A stretch of 64,000 nt of DNA from a virus, in the IMG/VR virus record IMGVR_UViG_3300036884_000163, positions 1 through 64,000 of that record, one strand, 5' to 3'. Under the pieces are notes generated by a model. That model was not told the DNA's origin, ran no database searches, and was given only the letters and a program-made list of their open reading frames with translations. Positions 36,869 to 46,516 of this stretch are shown here, piece by piece. Both the position numbers and the translations under genes were made by a program. Every line of letters begins with the position of its first letter. Within the stretch, counting starts at the first letter, position 1.

Positions 36869-37018
36869 CTATGCCTTGGTCCGATCCGGTGTCATCGCCG
36901 AAAGTCGCAGTAGCGCTATCGTTACCGGCGACATCAACTCCCGTGTCGCCCGGTTCTGATCGTATTGGATAGCTTCCAGCCTTTTTGTGGTGTCTGGCGT
37001 GTTCTCTTTCACTGCCAT
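36869..37018 (-). CDS. small hypothetical protein (possibly frameshifted)
   Basis: TAATG coupling with GGAG RBS. Confidence 0.35.
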   Translation of the reverse strand: MAVKENTPDTTKRLEAIQYDQNRATRELMSPVTIALLRLSAMTPDRTKA

Positions 37019-37221
37019 TACATCGCTCCCCTCTTCGGCATGGTGATCTTCGCTCTTACGTCAGCGATGGTTTCGACGCGCCATCGCTCGACGCTGAAAT
37101 CGTCGAACCGTTCGATAGACTGCTGATACTTCTTGAATTCTTCCGCTGCCGATTTAGAGGAAAACACGCCGCGGAGCATATTGAACCCACATCCGTCCTG
37201 CATTACTGCGAAAACGACCAT
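37018..37221 (-). CDS. small inserted protein (GVFSSK..AE motif)
   Basis: TAATG coupling; bracketed by 17-bp direct repeats. Confidence 0.65.
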   Translation of the reverse strand: MVVFAVMQDGCGFNMLRGVFSSKSAAEEFKKYQQSIERFDDFSVERWRVETIADVRAKITMPKRGAM

Positions 37222-39728
37222 TACATCGCTCCCCCGCCCGGCACTGGTGCGGATGGTCCGCCCTTGCCAGGAGGTGCCTGTCCTAACTTGCCGCCCCAAC
37301 CAGGCGTTCCCGCATCGAGCAGCGCCGGTCCTGCCTGTCCGGCAATCTTCTCCATCTGCATGGACATCACCGCCAGTTTCAAGTAGCCGCGAATTTGCAC
37401 GTCCGCGGGCGATCCTAGCGGCAATTCCTGCCAGTTCTTGATGCCGTAGCGGATCACCTGCGAAATGACTAAGTCCCACTTCCCAGAGAAGAACTCCTTG
37501 TCCGGTTCGACCGAGGGTTTCATCACCGGCATACCATCTGGCCCCGGCACGTTCGACGGAATCGGCTGCGCGCCCGGCGCGATCAGTGCGGTAATGTCCG
37601 CCTTGATCTTGTCAATGAAGATTTGCTCGGGCAGCTCGAAATCGTAAGGAGCCAAATAGCGCATGGCGCAACGCCTGTTTTCCGGGGTGTCCAGAACTTC
37701 CATGACTAGCGGGTTCGGCTCCCGGCCGCTCGCCATCTGGATCAGTTCTTTGTAGAGTGCGCGTTGCGCCTCGAAGTCAATCGGGTAGTCCTGATCCGCC
37801 AACGGTCGGGCATCGGCCTTTCCGTCAAGGTCGGCCAGTCGAATCGGTTCATTAGAGAAGTCGGATGAACTATCGCTTTTCGTGACCTTGTACTCGTCGT
37901 CAGTCGCGTTCTCTGCGAAGCAATCGACGCTTAAGGTTGCAGCTCGTGTCCATTCCGCGCGCAAAGCGTTCCAGTAGGGTAAGAGCGTGCCTTTAGCCGT
38001 ATCGAGCGCCTGCTCCTGCCCGCCCTTGGTCTTGATGTCCTTGTCCGAACCTCCGAAGGTCATCGGCGTCAGGCCAAGCAGTAATTGGAAATACTTGAAC
38101 AGTTGTTCAATCCACTGCGGAGCGGTCGCATCAAGATGGAATTCCGGCTGAAAGAAAACATCCTTCATGCTGCGGCCTACATCGCCGTTCACCGCCACGC
38201 CAATCATGGTAGCGGGCGGCAGAAAGACGCCGTTCATCCCCTCGCCGATGATCGTCTCGTTAAACAGAATCGGCGGACAGCCTATACGGTCATGCGCATC
38301 GTCCACTGAATCTGTCCGGTCATTGATCCGATCCTGGAAGTCGAGGCCGAGTTTGACTGGAGCTGTTGGGTAGGCTCCTACACCTTTTTCCGCGCCGCAC
38401 CAGGTCCACTGTTTCCGGAACACTGCAGGCTGGATGTCGATCAGTTTGTCTTGAAACCAGACCCCGACACATCCCTCGCCAACGTACTGCGCCAGTTCAT
38501 CGGCGTCTTCCTTCTTATCAATAGCCGCGATCGCGTCTTGCGTGTACCAGACGCGGTGCAGCGAGTTCATCTTTTGCAGCGTGTTCGTCCCAAAAGACGA
38601 GCCACCAGACCGCGAGCCGCCAGGGGAGGCAACCCTCATCCTGGCCTGCCGGGCAATCTCGCCGTCGGTGATGCCGGAATCGGAGCCGCTGTTTTTTGCC
38701 AGATCCCAGTTGTCTGGATAGAGCCGACGGAATGCTCCTTTGGTGATTTCCGCCTGGTAATCGCCGAGCGGTGTATTGGCAATCACTCCACCACCGTTCG
38801 TGTTGGCTTGAGGCATCACTTCCATACTCAAGCCATGCACCACGTCCCAGCGAACTTGGCCGTTTGGAACTTCCCGCTGTCCGGTAATCACCGGCATCTT
38901 GATTCTGGCGCCGGGGTAGAAATTCTCTTGACCTAACGGCTTTCCACACTGCGGGCAAGGCACGTTCTCTTGCAGGTTTTGACTGAGATCAACTGGAGCC
39001 TGACCGCCGCACTGCGGGCACTCGAAGCGATCGGGAGAGACTTGCCGCTCCTGCATCGACGTGATGTCTTCGTAATGCGTCCCGGTAATTCCGGGGTCCA
39101 TCGACCAGCGGATGTGCCGGAAATAATGGCCGGTCAGGAACAGGAATTCCTTGCACTGCTCGAGGAAATTCCGGTCCTCGTTGTCCGAGGAAATCTTTCC
39201 GTAGGCGCGATCTCTGGCAACGGCCGCTCTCGCATCGAGATCGGAGTCGGAGTCTCCCGGCCACCACTCTACCCCTGGAACCGTGCCGAACATGGAGCTC
39301 CATACCCTGCAGGCCCAGCCGATGACGTTGACGTTTTTCTGCGGAGTGTAGTCGGTATGGCCTTGTTCGGTGCCCGCGTTCGTCCCCTGCGATCGCATGA
39401 TGTCGTTGTAGCCGACATAGGCGCAGGTGAGCGGATCCCACCCGATGTGCTGGTTGCCCTTTTTGTACTCGATGGCGCGCGTAATGGAGCGAATGACTTC
39501 GCGCCGCTGCACCGACCAATCCTCGATGTGCTGCTTCCAGCAAGTCTTCAGGCCGGACTCGAACTTCGCTATCGCAGTTTTGTCCTGCGTTTTGAAGAAC
39601 GCGGCAAGGCGGTCTTCCGGCTTGCCAGTGGCCGGCGTCGCCGCGGAAGTTTCGGGACGCTGATCGGGCTTCTGATCTTCTGGGGAAGGCTGCCGGCCGT
39701 CGCCGAGTTGGAGAGTTGGACTTGCCAC
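37221..39728 (-). CDS. portal protein with zinc-ribbon insertion
   Basis: 835 aa; Y..G.Q, CPQCG twice, Q...N...D, KTKGGQEQAL; precedes scaffold and capsid. Confidence 0.8.
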   Translation of the reverse strand: MASPTLQLGDGRQPSPEDQKPDQRPETSAATPATGKPEDRLAAFFKTQDKTAIAKFESGLKTCWKQHIEDWSVQRREVIRSITRAIEYKKGNQHIGWDPLTCAYVGYNDIMRSQGTNAGTEQGHTDYTPQKNVNVIGWACRVWSSMFGTVPGVEWWPGDSDSDLDARAAVARDRAYGKISSDNEDRNFLEQCKEFLFLTGHYFRHIRWSMDPGITGTHYEDITSMQERQVSPDRFECPQCGGQAPVDLSQNLQENVPCPQCGKPLGQENFYPGARIKMPVITGQREVPNGQVRWDVVHGLSMEVMPQANTNGGGVIANTPLGDYQAEITKGAFRRLYPDNWDLAKNSGSDSGITDGEIARQARMRVASPGGSRSGGSSFGTNTLQKMNSLHRVWYTQDAIAAIDKKEDADELAQYVGEGCVGVWFQDKLIDIQPAVFRKQWTWCGAEKGVGAYPTAPVKLGLDFQDRINDRTDSVDDAHDRIGCPPILFNETIIGEGMNGVFLPPATMIGVAVNGDVGRSMKDVFFQPEFHLDATAPQWIEQLFKYFQLLLGLTPMTFGGSDKDIKTKGGQEQALDTAKGTLLPYWNALRAEWTRAATLSVDCFAENATDDEYKVTKSDSSSDFSNEPIRLADLDGKADARPLADQDYPIDFEAQRALYKELIQMASGREPNPLVMEVLDTPENRRCAMRYLAPYDFELPEQIFIDKIKADITALIAPGAQPIPSNVPGPDGMPVMKPSVEPDKEFFSGKWDLVISQVIRYGIKNWQELPLGSPADVQIRGYLKLAVMSMQMEKIAGQAGPALLDAGTPGWGGKLGQAPPGKGGPSAPVPGGGAM

Positions 39729-39731
39729 GAG

Positions 39732-40487
39732 TTACCAGGGCCGGCCGACATGAACCATCCACAGATCGGTGTCAGGGGCTGCGATTACACTGAAAGGCAT
39801 CCAGAAATAACCCCGCTGTCCCCAACCGTCTGACCAACTGTTCTGGATAAGCGCCAGTTGTTTCGGCAGGTCATATCCCAGACAAAGAACTTCGTGACCA
39901 CCGTCTGATGCTTCACCAGGTTTCGGTGGCGACATGATGCCAGTCTCTCCGACAGGGCCGGTCATAAACGACATTGGTACAGAGAACGCAACCAGTACCG
40001 GCCATGGCGTCGGATCGGCGAGGCAGGTCAGCACATCGTTCAGCGTGGCCAGCCGGTGATAGGCTCCGGTTCTGTATTTGAATGCGTTCGCCATCTGTTC
40101 TGGGGTTAGGGCGACTATCTTGCGTGACGCATCTGGGTAAAGCGAATCCTCGCACGCTCCAAATTTCGTGAGCATCTGGCAAGCCGTGCGCGGCATCGCA
40201 CCTTGTCCGTTCGGAAAAGTACCCTCAGCCTGCAATGCTTCCACGTACAGACTTAAGGGGCTAAGAACAGGCGACACCTTCTCGTAGCGGCGCGCAATCC
40301 ATTCGCGCCCCGAAGTGAAGGCATGACCAATACAGGTCGGTTGATCGCCCTGATCCTTGATTGGGCCACCAAACTCGCGCAAGTCAACCTGTTGCGGAAG
40401 CACTGGGATGCCACGACCTAGAGCAACGCGGTACATTCGATCCCGCACGTCATGCACGTCGCGGACCGCTCCATTCTTGCGAATCAT
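39732..40487 (-). CDS. C1 family (papain-like) cysteine peptidase
   Basis: LP..VDLR, KDQG..TC, GGHEV..LGY, QNSW..GWG..GYFW. Confidence 0.92.
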   Translation of the reverse strand: MIRKNGAVRDVHDVRDRMYRVALGRGIPVLPQQVDLREFGGPIKDQGDQPTCIGHAFTSGREWIARRYEKVSPVLSPLSLYVEALQAEGTFPNGQGAMPRTACQMLTKFGACEDSLYPDASRKIVALTPEQMANAFKYRTGAYHRLATLNDVLTCLADPTPWPVLVAFSVPMSFMTGPVGETGIMSPPKPGEASDGGHEVLCLGYDLPKQLALIQNSWSDGWGQRGYFWMPFSVIAAPDTDLWMVHVGRPW

Positions 40488-40741
40488 CGCCCAAACGCCT
40501 TACTCATCGCTTCGGGGGGCATGGACGCGCCGGACTTCTTCGGCGCTTTGCCTTTGATCGCATTGTGAGCGGTCATCAGCCCTGCAATGTGATCGGCACC
40601 AGGACTGCCGTCAGGATGCATGGACTCCTCGCCGCCCATCATCGTGTTGCCTTCGTCGCCGTCCGGCTCGCGCTCCACGCGTAGTGTGTGGCCGCCGGCC
40701 ATCGACTTGATGTGCATCGCCTTGACTTTCCCTTTTGCCAT
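40484..40741 (-). CDS. hypothetical protein
   Basis: GGAG RBS, ATGA coupling. Confidence 0.65.
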   Translation of the reverse strand: MAKGKVKAMHIKSMAGGHTLRVEREPDGDEGNTMMGGEESMHPDGSPGADHIAGLMTAHNAIKGKAPKKSGASMPPEAMSKAFGR

Positions 40742-40745
40742 AGTT

Positions 40746-40934
40746 TTAGTCTCCCTCGTTGTCCGCTACGTCCTTCTTCGTTTCCGAATCAATGACTTGG
40801 TAGAGTTCCGGCTTATCATTCTTTGCTGCGGCGATCGCCTCTTCTGCAGTATCGAAGTCGCCCTCGAAATCCCCCCAGCCACCGCACGGATAATAGGCCG
40901 CAAAAGTAAACAACAAGAACCGCTTCAACGCCAT
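40746..40934 (-). CDS. hypothetical phage protein (YYP.GGW.DF motif)
   Basis: Motif common in small phage ORFs. Confidence 0.7.
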   Translation of the reverse strand: MALKRFLLFTFAAYYPCGGWGDFEGDFDTAEEAIAAAKNDKPELYQVIDSETKKDVADNEGD

Positions 40935-40935
40935 C

Positions 40936-41373
40936 TCAGTCTCCCGCTGCCTTCTGGGCTTCTGTAATTGTGTCGTTCAACCTTGCCACAACTTCCGCCT
41001 GCTCTTTCGGCAGCGGACGCGAATGGCCTTGCATCTCTTCAAGCTTCTGTTGCTGCTGCACTTCAAACAGCGCCAGTTCGCGGCGGGCCTGCTTTGGGGC
41101 GCGCGCCGCATTCACCAGCGCCTTGCTCGCCTCTCCAGCTTGCTCGGGCGGCCTGCCTGCAATCGGCTTGTGCGGCTGGTACGCCTCTGGCAACAAGTCG
41201 GGATCGAATGCCACTCCTCCGCCAACTCGCCAGTTCAAAAAGTTCCAGAGCTTCTGATTGCGCGCTCGCTCGAAGTCAAGGTCATCCCGCAGACGGTTCA
41301 GGTCTACTCGCTGATCATCGAACCGTTCGCGGCTGACGAAGGGCAATTCCCACATTTTCAACGTCCCTTTCAT
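40936..41373 (-). CDS. hypothetical coiled-coil protein
   Basis: Co-oriented, tightly packed. Confidence 0.65.
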   Translation of the reverse strand: MKGTLKMWELPFVSRERFDDQRVDLNRLRDDLDFERARNQKLWNFLNWRVGGGVAFDPDLLPEAYQPHKPIAGRPPEQAGEASKALVNAARAPKQARRELALFEVQQQQKLEEMQGHSRPLPKEQAEVVARLNDTITEAQKAAGD

Positions 41374-41394
41374 TGCTTTATCTATGCGCGAAGA

Positions 41395-42150
41395 TCAATA
41401 CACCCTGCAGGACGATCCGCGATAAATCGTTACCAGATCGGCGACAGTCGGCGCTACAAGCTGAATGTTGAGCACAGTCCCGGAAGCGCTTGCACCCTCT
41501 ACCGTTCCCCAGATATGAGCTGGCATCTGGGTTGCGGCACCGCCAAGCGTCCAAGCCACGCCAATCGCCTGCGATGATGTACTAGAAATCTGATCAACGA
41601 TCGCGCCTGATTTTGAAGACCCCGTGGCCGTGCTCATGAGGTAGGAGGCGGTTATGTTGGTTGCTGCGTTAGTCGCCGTCTGTACGTCCCAATAGTTTGC
41701 GGTTGCCGCGGTAGCCTGCCCAACGATAAGATTGCAGTCAAAACTCCAAGTCGCAGCGACCAAGGGCAGAGTAAAACTTAGTGCGCCAATCGTCACCGGA
41801 CTGGTGCAATCACTGACCGTCCCGGCCGTTCCGCACGTCCAGTCGGCCCCGGTAATTGTTTTCGTCTGCGGAAAGCTCCCGGCAAAGGCCGTCCACGCCG
41901 ATCCACTGTATTGACAGGTAACAATGGTCGTTCCTGCCCCAGCGCCGCAGTCCGTGGCTGAGTTTCCGTTTGTGACCACGGCAATGGTGCCAGCCGTTTT
42001 TCCCGAAACACTGGCCAGTCCGGCAACGGTCGTAATCGGGATACCACCACCGCCGCCACCTGGTTGAACCAAGGTCTGAGCAAAGACAGGGGCGGAGAAC
42101 AGCAACGAGAGCACCAACAGCCTCAACGATTTCATGGGAAGTGTTCTCAT
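41395..42150 (-). CDS. signal-peptide-bearing fibre/adhesin-like protein
   Basis: MKSLRLLVLSLLFSAPVFA-Q; Thr/Ala/Gly-rich with paired Cys. Confidence 0.75.
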   Translation of the reverse strand: MRTLPMKSLRLLVLSLLFSAPVFAQTLVQPGGGGGGIPITTVAGLASVSGKTAGTIAVVTNGNSATDCGAGAGTTIVTCQYSGSAWTAFAGSFPQTKTITGADWTCGTAGTVSDCTSPVTIGALSFTLPLVAATWSFDCNLIVGQATAATANYWDVQTATNAATNITASYLMSTATGSSKSGAIVDQISSTSSQAIGVAWTLGGAATQMPAHIWGTVEGASASGTVLNIQLVAPTVADLVTIYRGSSCRVY

Positions 42151-42569
42151 CGGGATAGTTGCCGCCATTCGCGCATCTCAACATAAACCGCCGTCGCGCT
42201 CGCGCTTTTCACTTTCAAATACGGAGTTGCCGGACGAACGACTCCATCGGGATAAGTGAAACTGCCGAATCCGACATGCTCATTCTTTGCGATGGCGTCC
42301 CCGATCTGGATGATCTCGCCGGGAACCGCGGGATAGGTGTTAGCGTAGTTTTCGTCAGCTCGCTGGTATTCGAGTCCTTGCCCGGTAAAAGCTCCGCCAG
42401 TGTAGTTGCCGACGCCGCCTTGTGGACATTCCTGAACCTCGACATATCCGAATGATCCCTGCGAAGCGGAGAGCAGAACGAATGCGCCGGCACTTCCGTT
42501 GATAGTGACGATGGTGCGGATCGGGCTTGCCCGGTTCACCACACCTGCGGTATTGGTCGGATTGGCCAA
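42147..42569 (-). CDS. putative structural protein
   Basis: GGAGG RBS, TTG start, beta-rich. Confidence 0.65.
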   Translation of the reverse strand: MANPTNTAGVVNRASPIRTIVTINGSAGAFVLLSASQGSFGYVEVQECPQGGVGNYTGGAFTGQGLEYQRADENYANTYPAVPGEIIQIGDAIAKNEHVGFGSFTYPDGVVRPATPYLKVKSASATAVYVEMREWRQLSR

Positions 42570-42570
42570 G

Positions 42571-42774
42571 TTATTTCCTCCCGGCGCCGGTCGCGGCTGC
42601 CCACTTCTTCTTCATTGGTGAGGCCTTGTACTCTTCGTCGCCAGCATCCGCTTTCTTCTTTTCGGAAAGCATGATCGCGATAGCTTGTTGACGGGTTTTT
42701 ACGACCGGGCCGGCCGGACCTCCGGAGTGCAGGGTTCCTGCTTTCCATTTTCCCATCACCGCTGTATATGGCAT
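42571..42774 (-). CDS. DUF6496-like small basic protein
   Basis: VM...KAGTLHSG...GPVVK.R.QAIAI.LSE. Confidence 0.75.
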   Translation of the reverse strand: MPYTAVMGKWKAGTLHSGGPAGPVVKTRQQAIAIMLSEKKKADAGDEEYKASPMKKKWAAATGAGRK

Positions 42775-43262
42775 TGTAGGTACTCTAAGGCGTTACGCAG
42801 GCCGTCAACACTGTCACCGAAACAACCAAGTCCAGTGTTGCAGGTGCTACACAACAGGCCGCGTATCGTCCCTGTCTCATGATCATGGTCAACGGCCAGT
42901 TTTCGTGCTTGAGTCTTTCCGCAAATTTTGCAGTGCCCAGATTGCTTGGTAAACATCCGCTCATATCGGTCGGGCGTGCAACCCAATTTCCCAATTTGTC
43001 GTACCCAGTTCCGCGCCAACGTCTTGGTCTTGTGCTTGGCATAGTAACGACGGTGCATTGCTTGCCACTTTTCTGGATCGGCTGCGTATCGCGCTTTGTC
43101 CTTTTGTCGTCTTACTTCTAATGAATCGCCGAACTCGTGGGTGCATGTTCGACACTCAAGATAAACTCTGTCCCCGCGTCGGCGTTCATAACAATTTTCC
43201 TTTGTCCGCAGATGTCCGCGTCCACAATGCGTCGAGCGGCGACCAAACGTTGACCTCTGCAT
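42756..43262 (-). CDS. endonuclease VII-family (HNH) nuclease
   Basis: Q...CKIC...LAVDHDH.TG.IRGLLC..CN..LG. Confidence 0.9.
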   Translation of the reverse strand: MQRSTFGRRSTHCGRGHLRTKENCYERRRGDRVYLECRTCTHEFGDSLEVRRQKDKARYAADPEKWQAMHRRYYAKHKTKTLARNWVRQIGKLGCTPDRYERMFTKQSGHCKICGKTQARKLAVDHDHETGTIRGLLCSTCNTGLGCFGDSVDGLRNALEYLQCHIQR

Positions 43263-43268
43263 CTCTAC

Positions 43269-43457
43269 TTACCGCCCTCCGGCGTTCTTTGCGAAGCGCG
43301 CTTCCTTACCTAACACTCCGGGAGCATGCGCTTCCTTTGCTGCGTAGGCTTGCGTGCTCATGCCGGCCCGCGCCGCCTTGCGCCCAAACAGACCCTTGGT
43401 TCCGTGCTTCGTCATGGCTGCGCGCGCCGCCTGCATCCAATGAGCTTTCTCGGCCAT
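43269..43457 (-). CDS. small basic phage protein
   Basis: GGAG RBS; KG.F..KA.RAGMS...ARFAKN. Confidence 0.7.
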   Translation of the reverse strand: MAEKAHWMQAARAAMTKHGTKGLFGRKAARAGMSTQAYAAKEAHAPGVLGKEARFAKNAGGR

Positions 43458-43697
43458 GTCTCTCCCTACTATCCCCAGATTCGCAGCGCCAAGTCTGCCG
43501 CCTCAATCCATAGAAACAAGAGCGCCAGTCCGATGAACCAGCACAGGAGTTTCGCCGGTTTCGTCATCGAAGTATCAGCCACCCAGCGCCCATGATGTTC
43601 CTCATTCAAAAAAGTTCTCCCAGCAACCCGGTTCAGCTCTTCACGGCGACTCCGCTTTCCTTAGCGGTGATCGGGAAGCTGGGAGGAATGCGCAACA

Positions 43698-45416
43698 TCA
43701 GTTCAAGACTTTTACTGACAAATTCATCAACTTCGGTACTGCAGTCGATGACGTGGTTTGCACCATAATCACCTGCAAACGTGCTGGCCCCGCCAAGTTC
43801 AGCGAGCCAACTGCTGCCACGGTCATATTCGGCCCCACCGCAGGAGTTGCGCACGTAGTCAATGCACATTCCGCCAAGTAGCCATGACCCGCCTGAATGC
43901 TTCCGCCAGTTGCCGTAGCCGAAGCTACGGTCGTGGTGAAATCCTGGCAGAAGTCAAACTGCCCGGTAGTTCCAGTCGTCAACGTATTGGTTACGGAAGG
44001 CCCGCCAATCAGAACCGGCAACCCGGTGGTGACGTCCGACCCCTGCGCATCCCACTCGAAGGCGATCTGCACAACCGTGCTTGCGCCCTGCGTGGACGAA
44101 TAGGCGTAGCCGCAGACCTCAATGCTGCGGCCGACGTAGTTCATGAAGCCAGCAGGAAGCTCAACCGATCCCAAAGGCTGAGGAACGGTCGAGGCCGCCG
44201 CAGTGGCAATCGTGTTAGCTGGCAGCACTTTCACGACACCCGGTATTCCAGGAGTCGCTGCCGGCGCATAGGTATACGCGGTTCGCGCCTCACTGTTTGC
44301 TTGGTAGTAGCTGGCCGTTGAGATCAGACCGAGCTGGACACCTTGCGGCGAAGTTACCACTGGATACGCAGTAACGACCGCACCGGAACCGGTCTGGCCG
44401 TAACTGGCGTTGGTAATCGCGCAAGCGTACTTGCCAATCGACAGCAGAATGGGACTCAAAGTGCACACCCCACTCGATACCGGCGCGACGTTTACTACCG
44501 TCGGCTGAGTGTAGAGCTTCACTTGATATTCGTTCGTAGCCGCGCCGCTCATCAGCCCGATATACGGAATCCATCCGCACGCTCCTGTAATGGCGGCGGG
44601 CGCCGTGAACTGGATTGCCGTGGTAGCCGTAGCTGTGAAGGAGTAATCGGCGGATTCCGGTCCTTCGTTGCCCATGCAATCGACTGGAGTGTAAGCAACG
44701 TGGATGGTTGCGGCGGTGTACGACGCGGAACCGGCCACGGTGAGACTCGAAAACGCCGTAGCGGACGTCAGCGCACCCGGAGCCGCGAACAGGCCAGCCG
44801 CCGGAGCGGGATTCCAGTACTGCCACTGCGGGCCGCGCTTATCGATAATCTGAACACTGGGATAAACCAATGTTCCTAGTGGATACGCCGAGGGCAGGCT
44901 AGCCGCAGAATCAATCGTGACGATGCCTACACCCAGCGACAGTGCATCATTCATCGCTTCTGCCACTCCGCCATCGCCGGACGTGATGGTCACTCCCTGC
45001 GCGTGCGAGTTGGCAAAGGTTGCAGTGAACGAGCAGAAATACGGTTGCGGGTAAGACGGGGTAGTGGCAGCCACCGACGGGAACGATGCGGCGGTTTCCG
45101 AAGCCACTGCTTCCGAGCTTGCTCCGTCCTGCACCTGGATGGGAACATTCAGCGCCTGAGCGCCCTGCGCCCAGAAAGGAAAGATTTGACGGTTGCCAGT
45201 GCCCACGTGGATAAAGCACGGAGCGATCTGAACGTTGTTCGCGCCGACCGCGATCGGACTGAGCGTGGTCACCGCCCACTTGCCATACTCCGAGACGATG
45301 ATCTCGCCCGCGACCTGGTTAGATTGTGAAGGGTTGCCGGATTGAGCCAGCGCTGGAACTGTGCCAGCCACCAGCCCGCCGAGTAGAGTTAATGCCAGCG
45401 CAAGCTTTCGGATCAT
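43698..45416 (-). CDS. signal-peptide-bearing tail/fibre-like protein
   Basis: MIRKLALALTLLGGLVAGTVPALA-Q; VAYTPVD..GNEG..S phage tail motif; AGGAG RBS. Confidence 0.8.
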   Translation of the reverse strand: MIRKLALALTLLGGLVAGTVPALAQSGNPSQSNQVAGEIIVSEYGKWAVTTLSPIAVGANNVQIAPCFIHVGTGNRQIFPFWAQGAQALNVPIQVQDGASSEAVASETAASFPSVAATTPSYPQPYFCSFTATFANSHAQGVTITSGDGGVAEAMNDALSLGVGIVTIDSAASLPSAYPLGTLVYPSVQIIDKRGPQWQYWNPAPAAGLFAAPGALTSATAFSSLTVAGSASYTAATIHVAYTPVDCMGNEGPESADYSFTATATTAIQFTAPAAITGACGWIPYIGLMSGAATNEYQVKLYTQPTVVNVAPVSSGVCTLSPILLSIGKYACAITNASYGQTGSGAVVTAYPVVTSPQGVQLGLISTASYYQANSEARTAYTYAPAATPGIPGVVKVLPANTIATAAASTVPQPLGSVELPAGFMNYVGRSIEVCGYAYSSTQGASTVVQIAFEWDAQGSDVTTGLPVLIGGPSVTNTLTTGTTGQFDFCQDFTTTVASATATGGSIQAGHGYLAECALTTCATPAVGPNMTVAAVGSLNLAGPARLQVIMVQTTSSTAVPKLMNLSVKVLN

Positions 45417-45485
45417 TGTTTTTCTCCTGTTAGTGTGTGAAGCGTTTACGCAAAGCCCGCGCGCGGCGGGCGACTTCCTTAGTAT

Positions 45486-45638
45486 CTACAGCCTCCCAAG
45501 CAGAAGCAAAATCAACAAGATGAGCAGAATCAGCCCTATACCGCCGCTTGGGAAATAACCCCAATCTTGGCTATGAGGCCAATTCGGGAGTGCTCCAACA
45601 AGCAACAGTACCAACACGATCACTAGAATCAGGTACAT
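45486..45638 (-). CDS. DUF3309-family membrane protein (50 aa, not in track)
   Basis: ILV..LL.GALP.WPHS..WGY.PSGG.GLIL; AGGAG RBS. Confidence 0.8.
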   Translation of the reverse strand: MYLILVIVLVLLLVGALPNWPHSQDWGYFPSGGIGLILLILLILLLLGRL

Positions 45639-45666
45639 TCTCAGTCTCCTACTTGAACAGAATTGA

Positions 45667-45840
45667 CTACCTCACGGCAGGCCCAAAAACCCTCCAACCC
45701 AGGATGCCAACGAGCACCCAGAGGACGGTGTAACCTCCAGCGCGTCGGAACCAGGCCGGTTGGCCGGGTTCATAGTAAGACCAGAACGCAGCCAGCAATG
45801 CGACGATATAAATCACCCAGAACAAGATGTTTAACGGCAT
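45667..45840 (-). CDS. small two-TM membrane protein
   Basis: AAGGAG RBS; ILFWVIY...LGWRVFG. Confidence 0.7.
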   Translation of the reverse strand: MPLNILFWVIYIVALLAAFWSYYEPGQPAWFRRAGGYTVLWVLVGILGWRVFGPAVR

Positions 45841-45857
45841 AGTTATTTCTCCTTTTC

Positions 45858-46295
45858 TTAAACACAGTGCCCGAAATACCAAGCGGCGACTTCGGCGCGC
45901 GTGGACATGCCGGTCTTATTCATCACTTCGCGCATGTAGTTTTTCACTACCTGCTCGCTGGTGGAAAGCAACACGCCGATTTGCTTGTTGGTATTTCCGT
46001 GCGCCACTCCCTCCAAGACCATTCCTTCTTTCAGAGTGAAGGAGTGCGCCATTCCTAGAGGGCAAACGAACTTTCCTGAAACATTCGTAAACAGGTTAGC
46101 GAGTTTCACCCGCTTTCCGGATTCTTTGATGCCCGCGTGCCGGAACAGCGTGCGCAGGTGCTGTTTCACTATCCCCATGCTGATGTTCAGGTGGCTCGCG
46201 ATTTCTTTGTTGCTGCATCCCTGCACCAGCAGACGCAGCACTTGCTGGTCACGGGCTGTGATCTTGAGCGCGGGTGTCATGACATTTTCGTGCAT
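45858..46295 (-). CDS. tandem LuxR-type HTH regulator without a receiver domain
   Basis: ITARDQQVL..L.QG.SNKEIA and FT.KE..VL..VA.G.TNKQIG. Confidence 0.88.
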   Translation of the reverse strand: MHENVMTPALKITARDQQVLRLLVQGCSNKEIASHLNISMGIVKQHLRTLFRHAGIKESGKRVKLANLFTNVSGKFVCPLGMAHSFTLKEGMVLEGVAHGNTNKQIGVLLSTSEQVVKNYMREVMNKTGMSTRAEVAAWYFGHCV

Positions 46296-46516
46296 CTATT
46301 ACTCTTCGGTTCGTGGCCCGTATCTGTACAATTTAAGTCGATTGGTTCGCACGGCAATGGCTCAAACTCCACTCCGCCAACCTTTGGAACGCAGAAGAAA
46401 TTCTCCGGTGCCTTCGGCTTAGGCTTAGGCTTGTGATGGCGGTGAAATGGCCACCACATCAGCATAAGAATCCCGAGGGTGATGAGTTTGGGAATGGCGC
46501 CATCCTCTTAGGCTTC

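Noticed and set aside
45454-45472. Third copy of the 7716/7769 operator (GCGCGGCGGGCG)
   Set aside because: Only 12 bp match, and it is explained as a GCCCGC/GCGGGC hairpin in a leader region.
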